A stretch of DNA of 64,000 nt from a virus (IMGVR_UViG_3300032030_000005:160001-224000); one strand, 5' to 3'; shown: positions 27,795 to 36,230, counted from the stretch's first letter. Notes: generated from the letters alone by a model not told the origin. Translations and numbers: made by a program.

Positions 27795-30788
27795 ATGGCT
27801 ACATTGAATATAAGTTCTATTTCTAGTGGACAATATTCTGATATGGTTAATTCAGTAGCATCTACTAGTTCAAATAAAGTATTATTAGATAATATATCCA
27901 ACTATTATAACTATAAAGACATTATACATTTTCCAATGAGCTTTTTAAGGAAATATGAGAATATTCTTAAGTCTAATTTAATGGATTATAAAATAACTAA
28001 ATCAAGATTCTATAGACCAGAATATGTATCATGGGATGTATATGGTACTACAGATCTTTGGTATTTAGTATTATTCGTTAATGATTTAACAAATCCAATG
28101 GAATTAAACTTTGAAGATATTAAATTACCTAATTCATATTATATTATGGAAATTATTAATAAGTTAAAGATGATTGATAATATCAATAATGATAAAAGAA
28201 ATCCTACTAATTTAGTACAAAGTTTAATTAAAGATATTAATTCTTCTTCAAATAAAATATTTAAAGATACTGAAGTATCTAATGCTTTTGTACCAGATCC
28301 TACATTATATTGGAAAGATGATACAGAATTATTTGATGGTACATATCTTAAAATTCAATTTGGAGAATTAGAAAGAGATTATTATAAATGTAAAGATACC
28401 AATCAAATAAAACAGTCACATAATAATTTTGGATTTATTCCTAACTTAGAAATGTATAAAGTATTATCTACTAAATATCGTGATAATCCTTATATGGTTT
28501 TAACTAAAAATTTTGATAGTAACACAAAATATTATATCATGAAAAGATATGCTGGTATAATGAATTTAAATATTACAAGCAAATCTGATGAAGGATTAAA
28601 ATATAAATATAATAAAAATATCTTAGTTAACAGTAAAGTAGATATGGCTCCGACTATATTAACATATGATTTAAGAGAAGCTTGTATAGCACCAGAATAT
28701 CTTACTGAATGTTTAGTATTAAAATTTGAAGATAAAGTATATGAGCCAGAAATACTTAAAGATGATAATGGAAAAGAATATTATGGTATAACTATTGATG
28801 ATCATGATTTTGAAATATTATATGATGGTACAGCTTATTATATTGAATATGAAAACACAGAAGATGAAAGAAGCATTATACTTTTAGAGAATAAAGATGA
28901 TGCTTGTATATTCCATTCTGCTAATGAATGGAAGCTTAATGATTCTGAATCACCATTAATAAGATTAGATGAATTAAGTGAAAATCTTTATTTTAATGAA
29001 GAATACCTTTATAAAAATGGTGAATATGTATATAACCTTAAATATACTAATAGTAACTTAGATAACTTAAATAATATTAGATATCGTATTGATGTTGATA
29101 GAGATCTTAAGTCTAACAGTAATAAATTAAGTAAATATGAATTCTTAGGTGTAGAATTTGAAGTAGGTATAAGTTATACAAATAGTAATATAGATGATTT
29201 AAAAAAGATTATATCTTTCTCACCATTATCAATTACTGTAGTATTAGAAGATCTAAATGATGATGGTAAGAATATTGAATATACATTCTCATATCCTTAT
29301 GGTATAAATGATATAGATGTTGATACTAGCCATCCAGCACATAATTATTTAAATGATTATATAGATGAAGTTAATAATTCAGAATATAATCAAACTAGCT
29401 TATATAAATATAAAAAGATAATTCCAATTATTAAAAACTTTAGAGATAAAGAACACTTAAAGATTAAAAAATTATTAATTGGTCCTCATGTAGAAAGAAC
29501 TAGTGATGATGGTTTTATGGGAGAACTTATTATAAGTTGTGGTAAAATAAAATTATTTGGATTACAATATGAAGATATTATAACTGAATTCATGACTCCT
29601 GAAGCAACCGTTGAAAATATGGATTTTGATATTACATATAATTACACAACTACAGGTACTAAATATTCTGATCCAAAAGAAACTACATATTTTGAACCAT
29701 ACATAGTTCCAGATGTAGATGATATAATGTATTTATTATCAGATGAAAATAATTTAGATCATAATAAATATTCTAATTTAATAATGAATGAAATGTTAAC
29801 TGAAAATATTCATTCAGAACATTTAGAAGATAAAGATGAAAAAGAAAATGATAATGATAATAGTATTGATAAATTTATTGGATATGATTTTTATACTGAA
29901 AATACTTCAGATAGACATATAGATAATAAGTATTCATATAATGATTATATAACAGCTAGACTATATAATGCAGATAACACTAAATTTAATTTAGCAGATA
30001 ATTATAAGCTTGATATTAAATTAATATTTGATGAAGAAAGTTATAAAAATAATAAGAAATATTTAAATGGTTATAATATAGATGAAACAGATAATAAACA
30101 TTTCTTCCATAATAATATTCAATTCTTATTTAATATAGTTGATAAAAATAATTATTATTTACTTAATTTTGGTGAGTATAAGTATTTAACCAATAACTCT
30201 TCAAGAAAAAATGATCCTGACTCTAAATATCATAATAATAATACTTTCTTATCTAACTTTAATTCTTATCCTATAGAGATAGATTTAAAAGAAAATAAAG
30301 TTGATTATATCAAGTTTAGAAATATGTTTGTTAATGAAAATAATACTATAGAAAGACATATTATATATACTAAAGTTGATAATATGGTATATTCTATGCC
30401 GGGTGGTTTATATAAATCAATATATGGAGAAGGAACTAGAAAATATTCTCCTTATTCTTATATAAAGAATTTCTATTTCTCATGTTATCCTATAGATCAA
30501 TCAAATGTATTATCTAACTATTATCATGATATGATTCAATATAATACTATATCATTAAATACATCAAATGAAATAACTATGCCAAAACGTAATATATATT
30601 TATCAATACGAAAATCTCATTCAAATTTTAATATTTATTATAAACTTACTAAAAAAGATAATTATAAATTGTTATATAGCTTTAGTGATTCTTATAAACC
30701 ATTTAGCAATGGTACTATAGGTTTTAATTTTATAAATAATCTTCCTTTCAATAAACTTGAGATATTATCTTATAAAGTTAATAAGTAA
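27795..30788 (+). CDS. baseplate wedge-like protein (N-terminal T4 gp53/LysM-like domain) with long extension
   Basis: YRPEYVSWDVYGTTDLWYLVLFVN motif; AACA-N6-TA at 27751. Confidence 0.7.
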   Translation: MATLNISSISSGQYSDMVNSVASTSSNKVLLDNISNYYNYKDIIHFPMSFLRKYENILKSNLMDYKITKSRFYRPEYVSWDVYGTTDLWYLVLFVNDLTNPMELNFEDIKLPNSYYIMEIINKLKMIDNINNDKRNPTNLVQSLIKDINSSSNKIFKDTEVSNAFVPDPTLYWKDDTELFDGTYLKIQFGELERDYYKCKDTNQIKQSHNNFGFIPNLEMYKVLSTKYRDNPYMVLTKNFDSNTKYYIMKRYAGIMNLNITSKSDEGLKYKYNKNILVNSKVDMAPTILTYDLREACIAPEYLTECLVLKFEDKVYEPEILKDDNGKEYYGITIDDHDFEILYDGTAYYIEYENTEDERSIILLENKDDACIFHSANEWKLNDSESPLIRLDELSENLYFNEEYLYKNGEYVYNLKYTNSNLDNLNNIRYRIDVDRDLKSNSNKLSKYEFLGVEFEVGISYTNSNIDDLKKIISFSPLSITVVLEDLNDDGKNIEYTFSYPYGINDIDVDTSHPAHNYLNDYIDEVNNSEYNQTSLYKYKKIIPIIKNFRDKEHLKIKKLLIGPHVERTSDDGFMGELIISCGKIKLFGLQYEDIITEFMTPEATVENMDFDITYNYTTTGTKYSDPKETTYFEPYIVPDVDDIMYLLSDENNLDHNKYSNLIMNEMLTENIHSEHLEDKDEKENDNDNSIDKFIGYDFYTENTSDRHIDNKYSYNDYITARLYNADNTKFNLADNYKLDIKLIFDEESYKNNKKYLNGYNIDETDNKHFFHNNIQFLFNIVDKNNYYLLNFGEYKYLTNNSSRKNDPDSKYHNNNTFLSNFNSYPIEIDLKENKVDYIKFRNMFVNENNTIERHIIYTKVDNMVYSMPGGLYKSIYGEGTRKYSPYSYIKNFYFSCYPIDQSNVLSNYYHDMIQYNTISLNTSNEITMPKRNIYLSIRKSHSNFNIYYKLTKKDNYKLLYSFSDSYKPFSNGTIGFNFINNLPFNKLEILSYKVNK

Positions 30789-30832
30789 ATTATATTTATA
30801 TATTATATATTTGGTTTAATAAGCAATTATTA

Positions 30833-30877
30833 AACATAAATATATCAATATATTGCTCAAGGAAATATTAGAAAGGA
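30833..30877 (+). promoter_or_regulatory. late promoter plus conserved 5' leader (copy 1)
   Basis: AACA-N6-TA (predicted +1 at 30844), then ATCAATATATTGCTCAAGGAAATATT and GAAAGGA SD; near-identical leader at 31864-31906. Confidence 0.7.
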
Positions 30878-30883
30878 TAAATT

Positions 30884-31684
30884 ATGAAAGTAATTAGAAA
30901 AATGATTAATAAGATTAAGAGAAATTTTAAAATTGACACATTTGTAATAGCTCTTACTCTTACAGTCATGATAGTATTTTTGGTATATAATTTTAGAGCT
31001 CCAGAGTTAAGTGATCACTCATATATGGAAGCTGCTAAAATAATGCCAGTTACTACTAATGAAACTAGTTTAGTTTCTAGTATCACAACAAGCAATACAA
31101 ATACAACATTCACTACAACAATGAGTCCAGTCACTACAACTTCTATAGAAACAACAACTGCTATGACAACTACAGTCATTGAAACAACAATTGTTGAAGA
31201 AATCCCCGTACCTGAAATAGTTGTTGAAGAAAATAACTATGTAGAAGAACCACCTATCGAAGAAAATGTTTATATTCCAGAGGAAGAACCAGAAGAAGAA
31301 GTTTTTTATGAAGAAGAGGTTATAGTAGAACCTGAAGAAGTCATAGAAGAAATTTCTGACTCTGATAAACATTTATTAGCAGAAATTGTTTTCTTTGAAG
31401 CAGGTAGTGATTGGATATCTATTTATGATAAGGCCCAAATTGTAAATGGTGTTATGAATCGAGTAAATGATTCTAGATTTCCAGATACAATTTATGATGT
31501 TCTTACACAGCCTTATCAGTTTTCGGGATTCTGGCCAGGTATGTATGACTATGGCACACAGTATGGTCCAATAACATTAGCATGCTATGATGCTGTAGAT
31601 TATTACTTTGAACATAAATCAGAGTTTGGTAATGAAAATTCATGGTATGGTGATGGATATCAAAATCACTTTTACTATCAGTGA
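30884..31684 (+). CDS. membrane-anchored cell wall hydrolase (SleB/Hydrolase_2 family)
   Basis: N-terminal TM helix, T-rich and E/P-rich linker, LAEIVFFEAG...VMNRVNDSRFPDTIYDVLTQPYQFS. Confidence 0.88.
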   Translation: MKVIRKMINKIKRNFKIDTFVIALTLTVMIVFLVYNFRAPELSDHSYMEAAKIMPVTTNETSLVSSITTSNTNTTFTTTMSPVTTTSIETTTAMTTTVIETTIVEEIPVPEIVVEENNYVEEPPIEENVYIPEEEPEEEVFYEEEVIVEPEEVIEEISDSDKHLLAEIVFFEAGSDWISIYDKAQIVNGVMNRVNDSRFPDTIYDVLTQPYQFSGFWPGMYDYGTQYGPITLACYDAVDYYFEHKSEFGNENSWYGDGYQNHFYYQ

Positions 31685-31699
31685 GAATATAAGAAAAGC

Positions 31700-31790
31700 A
31701 TATTGTTAAGAAGATTGCATAATATATGTAAAATTTAAATCTTCTTAAAAATATTTGTCTTGAGCTTATAAAACTAAAATATATTGATAT
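31700..31790 (+). ncRNA. conserved structured 3'-UTR element (copy 1), complementary to own 5' leader
   Basis: Stem TTAAGAAGAT/ATCTTCTTAA enclosing TGCATAATATATGTAAAATTTAA, then AATATTT..CTTGAGC..AATATATTGAT. Confidence 0.65.
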
Positions 31791-31803
31791 AAAAAATATG
31801 CGG

Positions 31804-31849
31804 AAAAGAAGTGTTAAACCCTGTTGGGGTTTAACAGCTTTTTTTTTTT
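31804..31849 (+). terminator. intrinsic terminator
   Basis: TGTTAAACCC/GGGTTTAACA stem followed by a long T-run. Confidence 0.8.
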
Positions 31850-31863
31850 CTAAATTTTTATAT

Positions 31864-31906
31864 AACAAAAATATATCAATATATTGCTCTCAAATATTGG
31901 AAAGGA
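31864..31906 (+). promoter_or_regulatory. late promoter plus conserved 5' leader (copy 2)
   Basis: AACA-N6-TA (predicted +1 at 31875), then ATCAATATATTGCTCTCAAATATT and GAAAGGA SD. Confidence 0.7.
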
Positions 31907-31911
31907 ATATT

Positions 31912-32952
31912 ATGATAAATTTTGAGAATCTAAAAGCAAAAAAGACAAAGTATATTATTGTTATAATATTAATAATAATTATATTAATTGCTTTAATTAT
32001 ATTTAGTGGAAAATTAAGCGACGCCAATATTGATAGTGATGAAAATTTAAATGATGTAACAACAACATTCGTTGAAACAACTATTGCTACTTCAAATGTA
32101 ACAACAAGTAATGTAACAACAACTATTAATACAACTGTTACAAATGAAACAACTTTAGAAACTAGTGAAAATACTACTACATCTGAAACAGTTCTTCCAG
32201 TAACTAACGTTCCTGCTACAGAAACTTCAACACCTGTTGAAGCTAAGAATGAACAGCCTTCAACTGAAGCACCTGTTGAAGTAGTAACTACAGTAGCTAA
32301 TACTACAACAACTATTGAAACTTCTAATGAAGTAGTCAATCCAATTGACAAAGCTGAAGATATTTTTAATGATACTAAAGATATAATGGTAGATGTCATT
32401 AAAGATACTAAAGATACTTTATTAGATATTGAAAGTATTGCTAAAGAAGTTATTGATGGTAAATGGGGTTCTGGTGCTGATCGTAAGAAGAAGTTAACAG
32501 ATAATGGTTATAACTATGATGAAGTACAGGATAAGGTTAATGAAATTATTAAAGAATCAAAACCTGTAAATAGTAATGTTTCATTAGATGGTAGTAATAT
32601 GTCATATGTTAAAAACTTTACCAGAGGTACTTATTATGGTGAATATGGATATGATGTATGCGGTGGTTCAGGTAGATCACTTATAGATTGTTCTTGGGGT
32701 GACGGAACTGTAAGAGGTTCTATAGCATCTTCATATTTATATAGTAACTATGGTTATAACTATAATGGTAAAAGAACAATGGTATACTTAGAAGTATATG
32801 GTTGCCCATCTATGACCGGTTATTATTACTTAGATGACTGTGATGCTGGTAACTGGAGTGTAATTGATTTTTATTATAGATATTATAGTAACTGTCCATT
32901 CCAAAATGCTGGTGTATTAACAAGTATTGATTGTTATATCGTAAATTATTAA
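31912..32952 (+). CDS. membrane-anchored cell-wall protein: TM, T-rich linker, CW_7 repeat, 3D/DPBB-like C-terminal domain
   Basis: Start ATG 31912 after SD; IAKEVIDGKWGSGADRKKKLTDNGYNYDEVQDKVNE is CW_7-like; TYY...IAS...YYLDDCDAG..SVIDFY resembles the 3D domain. Confidence 0.8.
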   Translation: MINFENLKAKKTKYIIVIILIIIILIALIIFSGKLSDANIDSDENLNDVTTTFVETTIATSNVTTSNVTTTINTTVTNETTLETSENTTTSETVLPVTNVPATETSTPVEAKNEQPSTEAPVEVVTTVANTTTTIETSNEVVNPIDKAEDIFNDTKDIMVDVIKDTKDTLLDIESIAKEVIDGKWGSGADRKKKLTDNGYNYDEVQDKVNEIIKESKPVNSNVSLDGSNMSYVKNFTRGTYYGEYGYDVCGGSGRSLIDCSWGDGTVRGSIASSYLYSNYGYNYNGKRTMVYLEVYGCPSMTGYYYLDDCDAGNWSVIDFYYRYYSNCPFQNAGVLTSIDCYIVNY

Positions 32953-33001
32953 TAATTATATGAGGATTAACTTAAATTTTATATGTAAACATACATATAC
33001 A

Positions 33002-33083
33002 GAGTGTTGATTGCATAATATGAAATGCAAAATTTAAAATCAACCTCATAATATTTGATAGAGCTTATTACAATATATTGATA
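33002..33083 (+). ncRNA. conserved structured 3'-UTR element (copy 2), complementary to own 5' leader
   Basis: Stem GAG.GTTGAT/ATCAAC.TC enclosing TGCATAATATGAAATGCAAAATTTAAA, then AATATTTG..AGAGC..AATATATTGAT. Confidence 0.65.
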
Positions 33084-33121
33084 ATATTTATAATTTGATA
33101 TAATTAAATCACTATATAAAA

Positions 33122-33165
33122 AATGTAAAGAGTTCTTTAAACTTATAAGAACTCTTTACAAATTT
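33122..33165 (+). terminator. hairpin terminator
   Basis: TGTAAAGAGTTCTT/AAGAACTCTTTACA stem followed by T-rich sequence. Confidence 0.7.
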
Positions 33166-33208
33166 ATTTTTAAATTCACAATTAACAAATTATTGTGAAA
33201 ATAGAAAT

Positions 33209-33282
33209 GACTCAGTAGCTCAGTCGGTAGTAGCACTACACTTTTAATGTAGGTGTCGTGGGTTCAATTCCCACCTGGGTCA
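33209..33282 (+). tRNA. tRNA-Lys(UUU)
   Basis: Cloverleaf; anticodon arm CTACA-CTTTTAA-TGTAG; no encoded CCA. Confidence 0.92.
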
Positions 33283-33319
33283 CTTATAATAAATATATTT
33301 ATTAAAGGAGTAATTAAAA

Positions 33320-33562
33320 ATGGATAATAAAGCTATTGAAATAGTAACAGCATATATTACAGAGCATCTTGATAAGAGTGATCCAATGCCATGCTTTGAA
33401 GTTTATACAGTATGGAAGGCTAAAGCTTTACAGAATTGGAAGTATCTTATATCAAGTACTTTAAATGATGGAATGTATTATGAACTTACTTATAATGGAA
33501 ATAACAAAGAATGGTATTTAGACGCATATAAGAAGTTCGAAAATAGAGTTATTCCGGATTAA
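33320..33562 (+). CDS. small conserved phage protein (DUF6275-like)
   Basis: VWK.KALQNWK.L.SST..DGMYYELTYNG...E.YLDAYKKFEN; AAGGAG SD. Confidence 0.8.
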   Translation: MDNKAIEIVTAYITEHLDKSDPMPCFEVYTVWKAKALQNWKYLISSTLNDGMYYELTYNGNNKEWYLDAYKKFENRVIPD

Positions 33563-33599
33563 AAACTATTTATTTTTAAATTTATATCTAACATTAATT

Positions 33600-33839
33600 T
33601 TATATTACAATTTTATAACCTGAGTTTAAGATAAATAATTATCTTAGTGAATATTAAGATTTACTGTAAGAATTGTTCGAGAATTCTTATCTTATTATTC
33701 ATTTCTTCAGAGAAGAGGATTAAGTATCTCCATTAGCAGTATGTGGGTTTGAGGGGCAGAGACATATATGATCAATATGTAAATGATACAGGTTGAGCGA
33801 ACGTAAGCACCTACAAATAAGCTCATTATTGTAATATAA
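33600..33839 (+). ncRNA. unidentified structured RNA, about 240 nt
   Basis: Closed by 12-bp TTATATTACAAT/ATTGTAATATAA plus inner TGAGTTTA/TAAGCTCA; several hairpins; GC-richer core; no long ORF; inside tRNA cluster. Confidence 0.6.
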
Positions 33840-33853
33840 TTTTAATATATTAT

Positions 33854-33934
33854 GGGAGATTTCTCTAGCGGCAATGAGATCAGTCTGTAAAACTGACGGT
33901 TATACCTTCGGTGGTTCGAGTCCACCATCTCCCA
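33854..33934 (+). tRNA. tRNA-Tyr(GUA)
   Basis: Anticodon arm TCAGT-CTGTAAA-ACTGA, long variable arm. Confidence 0.92.
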
Positions 33935-33940
33935 TTTTAT

Positions 33941-34014
33941 GGTGGTATAGTTCAGATGGTTAGAACGCTTGCCTGTCACGCAAGAGGTCGTGGGTTCGAT
34001 TCCCACTATCATCG
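33941..34014 (+). tRNA. tRNA-Asp(GUC)
   Basis: Anticodon arm CTTGC-CTGTCAC-GCAAG. Confidence 0.92.
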
Positions 34015-34016
34015 TT

Positions 34017-34088
34017 AGCAGAGAGGACAAGTGGTAAGTCACTTGGCTCATAACCAAGGGATAGTAGGTTCGATTCCTACCTCTGCAA
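34017..34088 (+). tRNA. tRNA-Met(CAU), initiator-like
   Basis: Anticodon arm CTTGG-CTCATAA-CCAAG; A1:A72 mismatch. Confidence 0.88.
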
Positions 34089-34098
34089 TTAAATATAA

Positions 34099-34171
34099 CG
34101 CCCTATCGACAAGCGGTTTAAGTCACTGCCCTTTCACGGCAGAGTCGCCAGTTCGAATCTGGCTAGGGTGA
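34099..34171 (+). tRNA. tRNA-Glu(UUC)
   Basis: Anticodon arm CTGCC-CTTTCAC-GGCAG. Confidence 0.92.
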
Positions 34172-34211
34172 TTTAAAAATAAATTTTAGAAATAACTAAA
34201 GTTTATAAATG

Positions 34212-34814
34212 AATTTATAATGTTTTATTATAATAATTAATTAACCATGTGTATAAGAGCAGTAAAGCTCGTCATGGATATATCGAATATAACTGGGAAT
34301 AAAATAGAGCTATCTTTTTTATTTAACAGTTGAATAAATAGTAATATTTATTCTGAATGACCGTAAGTGTCAAATATAAGATATAGTGCATCATGTTTCG
34401 CTGTATAAAGCTTTTGTAACTTTCCGTCTCCATAATAGACGATCTCTGTGAGATAATAACCTTTAAAGCTGTGAATGTGGAAGTTCATGGGTTACAAGAA
34501 GGAATTCCAAATAAGGAGATTACCTAGTTGATGTATAGAAATATACGTATAAGGAAAGGGCAAAGTACGAGTAGGAGAAATCTAGGTATATATATTACAT
34601 TAGAAATATTTGTGTAGCATATATAATATTTTTCTGAACACCTCTGAAAGTTAGGAGTAATCAATCTCTTATATAGTTCACATTTTTGTTGGGTAAGAAG
34701 TTAGGAGTAGCTATCCGAAGCTCAGACTTATCTATATATTGGCTGAATAATATAGAAGAAACAATGGTGTAAGTCGAAGGACTAATTTATTATTATAATA
34801 AAGCATTATAAATT
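34212..34814 (+). ncRNA. large ornate ncRNA, ROOL-like (about 600 nt)
   Basis: 26-bp closing stem (34212-34237 with 34789-34814, one G.U), many internal stems, GC-richer than flanks, no long ORF, between tRNA-Glu and tRNA-Asn; size and context match ROOL; family not verified. Confidence 0.65.
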
Positions 34815-34815
34815 T

Positions 34816-34889
34816 GCTTCTTTAGCTCAGTTGGTAGTAGCAAACGGCTGTTAACCGTTGTGTCGTAGGTTCAAGTCCTACAAGAAGCG
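34816..34889 (+). tRNA. tRNA-Asn(GUU)
   Basis: Anticodon arm AACGG-CTGTTAA-CCGTT. Confidence 0.92.
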
Positions 34890-35124
34890 TTAATTATCAT
34901 AGTTTTTGTTCTTTGTGGTTTCTTTCTTTGATGAGATACCAAAAACTCCTTTGTATTTTTATTAGGCTAGTAGTTACATGTAACTGTAAGTAGTATCGGA
35001 TATTACACTAGCCTTTAATTTTCTATCAATCTTTGATAATCCTCTTTGTCTAACATATCGCACCAAATTAAATAAAAGGCGATCGTGTGAATATTAATTT
35101 GGGAATAAGCACATTAAAATTTTT

Positions 35125-35601
35125 ATGAAAGGTTTTATAATGGCTAAAAAATATTTTGCAGAAGAATGGAAAGATCGTATTATTGAAGCTATCAATAATA
35201 CTAATAATATGACTCAAGCTTATAAATATTTAAACTTAGAAAGAAAAACATTTATAAAAATGGCAAAAGAATTAGGTCTATATAAAACTAATCAAGGTGC
35301 TAAAGGTTCTAATAAGAAACATAAATACCATAGCCCTGATGATTTAAAAGATATATTGACTGAAAATTCTACATATCAAAGTTCAAAATTAAAGAAAAGA
35401 TTAATTGAAGTTGGTTTAAAAGAAAATAAATGTGAAATATGTGGTATTAATACATGGAATAATAAACCATTAGTATTACAGCTACATCATAAAAATGGAA
35501 TTCACAATGATAATAGATTAGAAAATTTAGAAATAGTCTGTCCAAATTGTCATTCTCAAACTGATAATTTTACAGCTAAAAATATAAAAAAGAATAAATA
35601 A
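35125..35601 (+). CDS. HNH endonuclease
   Basis: CEICG...LQLHHKNGIHNDNRLENLEIVCPNCHSQT; start may be ATG 35140. Confidence 0.9.
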   Translation: MKGFIMAKKYFAEEWKDRIIEAINNTNNMTQAYKYLNLERKTFIKMAKELGLYKTNQGAKGSNKKHKYHSPDDLKDILTENSTYQSSKLKKRLIEVGLKENKCEICGINTWNNKPLVLQLHHKNGIHNDNRLENLEIVCPNCHSQTDNFTAKNIKKNK

Positions 35602-35606
35602 TATAA

Positions 35607-35692
35607 GCCAGTGTGGTGGAATAGGCAGACACTCGGCACTTAAAATGCCGTGACGGTAAAAGGTCGTATGGGTTCAAGTCCCATCACTGGTA
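35607..35692 (+). tRNA. tRNA-Leu(UAA)
   Basis: Anticodon arm CGGCA-CTTAAAA-TGCCG, long variable arm. Confidence 0.92.
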
Positions 35693-36159
35693 TCAGACTT
35701 TACATTTTTGTTCATTGGTGTAAAGTTCTATCCTTTCTGCGTGAATAAAGAAATGTGCAAATGGCTTGTTCCTAGACTATATTTATTATTTTAATAAATG
35801 TAAGCCGTCATCGTAGGCGGCATAGTCTTTTATTTTCTTATTTATTTGGTTGACATTTAGTTCATAAAAATCTATATTTTAAAAAAATTAACACCATTGT
35901 ATTTTGTTATTCTCCTTTTCAAAGACGTGCATTTCGGGTTGGCTTCTTGGATACTTGTTGACGGTTTATTCTAACAAACAATTTGCAATTTTCATCAATA
36001 ATACATACATAATACTTATAGATTTTTATAGACGAATACCTCCTATCTAATAAATTACCGGACATATTTTTGACTGGATATTCTCAATCATAGTGAACTC
36101 TTCCTAGGATTAATTAAAGCTTGTTTTTGTTAATTTTCAAGCTTTAATATTTTATATAA

Positions 36160-36230
36160 TGCGGCATGGCCAAGCGGTAAGGCAACGGACTTTGACTCCG
36201 TTATCCTGGGTTCGAACCCCAGTGCTGCAA
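36160..36230 (+). tRNA. tRNA-Gln(UUG)
   Basis: Anticodon arm ACGGA-CTTTGAC-TCCGT. Confidence 0.92.

Noticed and set aside
31798-31911. N-terminal extension of ORF 31798..32952
   Set aside because: Runs through a terminator and promoter; the SD supports ATG 31912
30844-33083. Hydrolase genes as transposon-like cassettes with terminal inverted repeats
   Set aside because: Complementarity is bulged, begins at the predicted TSS and lacks target duplications or a transposase, which fits RNA pairing better
33600-33839. RNase P RNA or tmRNA call
   Set aside because: No GAGGAAAGUCC CR-I motif and no tRNA-Ala-like ends or tag frame; only a faint CR-V-like ACAAAUAAGCUCA
33842-34057. 71-aa ORF on the minus strand
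   Set aside because: Antisense to tRNA-Tyr, Asp and Met
34963-35015. Hairpin AGGCTAGT/ACTAGCCT with internal palindrome as a small ribozyme
   Set aside because: No hammerhead, twister or pistol core recognised; kept only as part of the structured spacer
33209-36230. Theta (HDV-like) ribozymes after tRNAs
   Set aside because: I could not build the nested double pseudoknot in any trailer by eye
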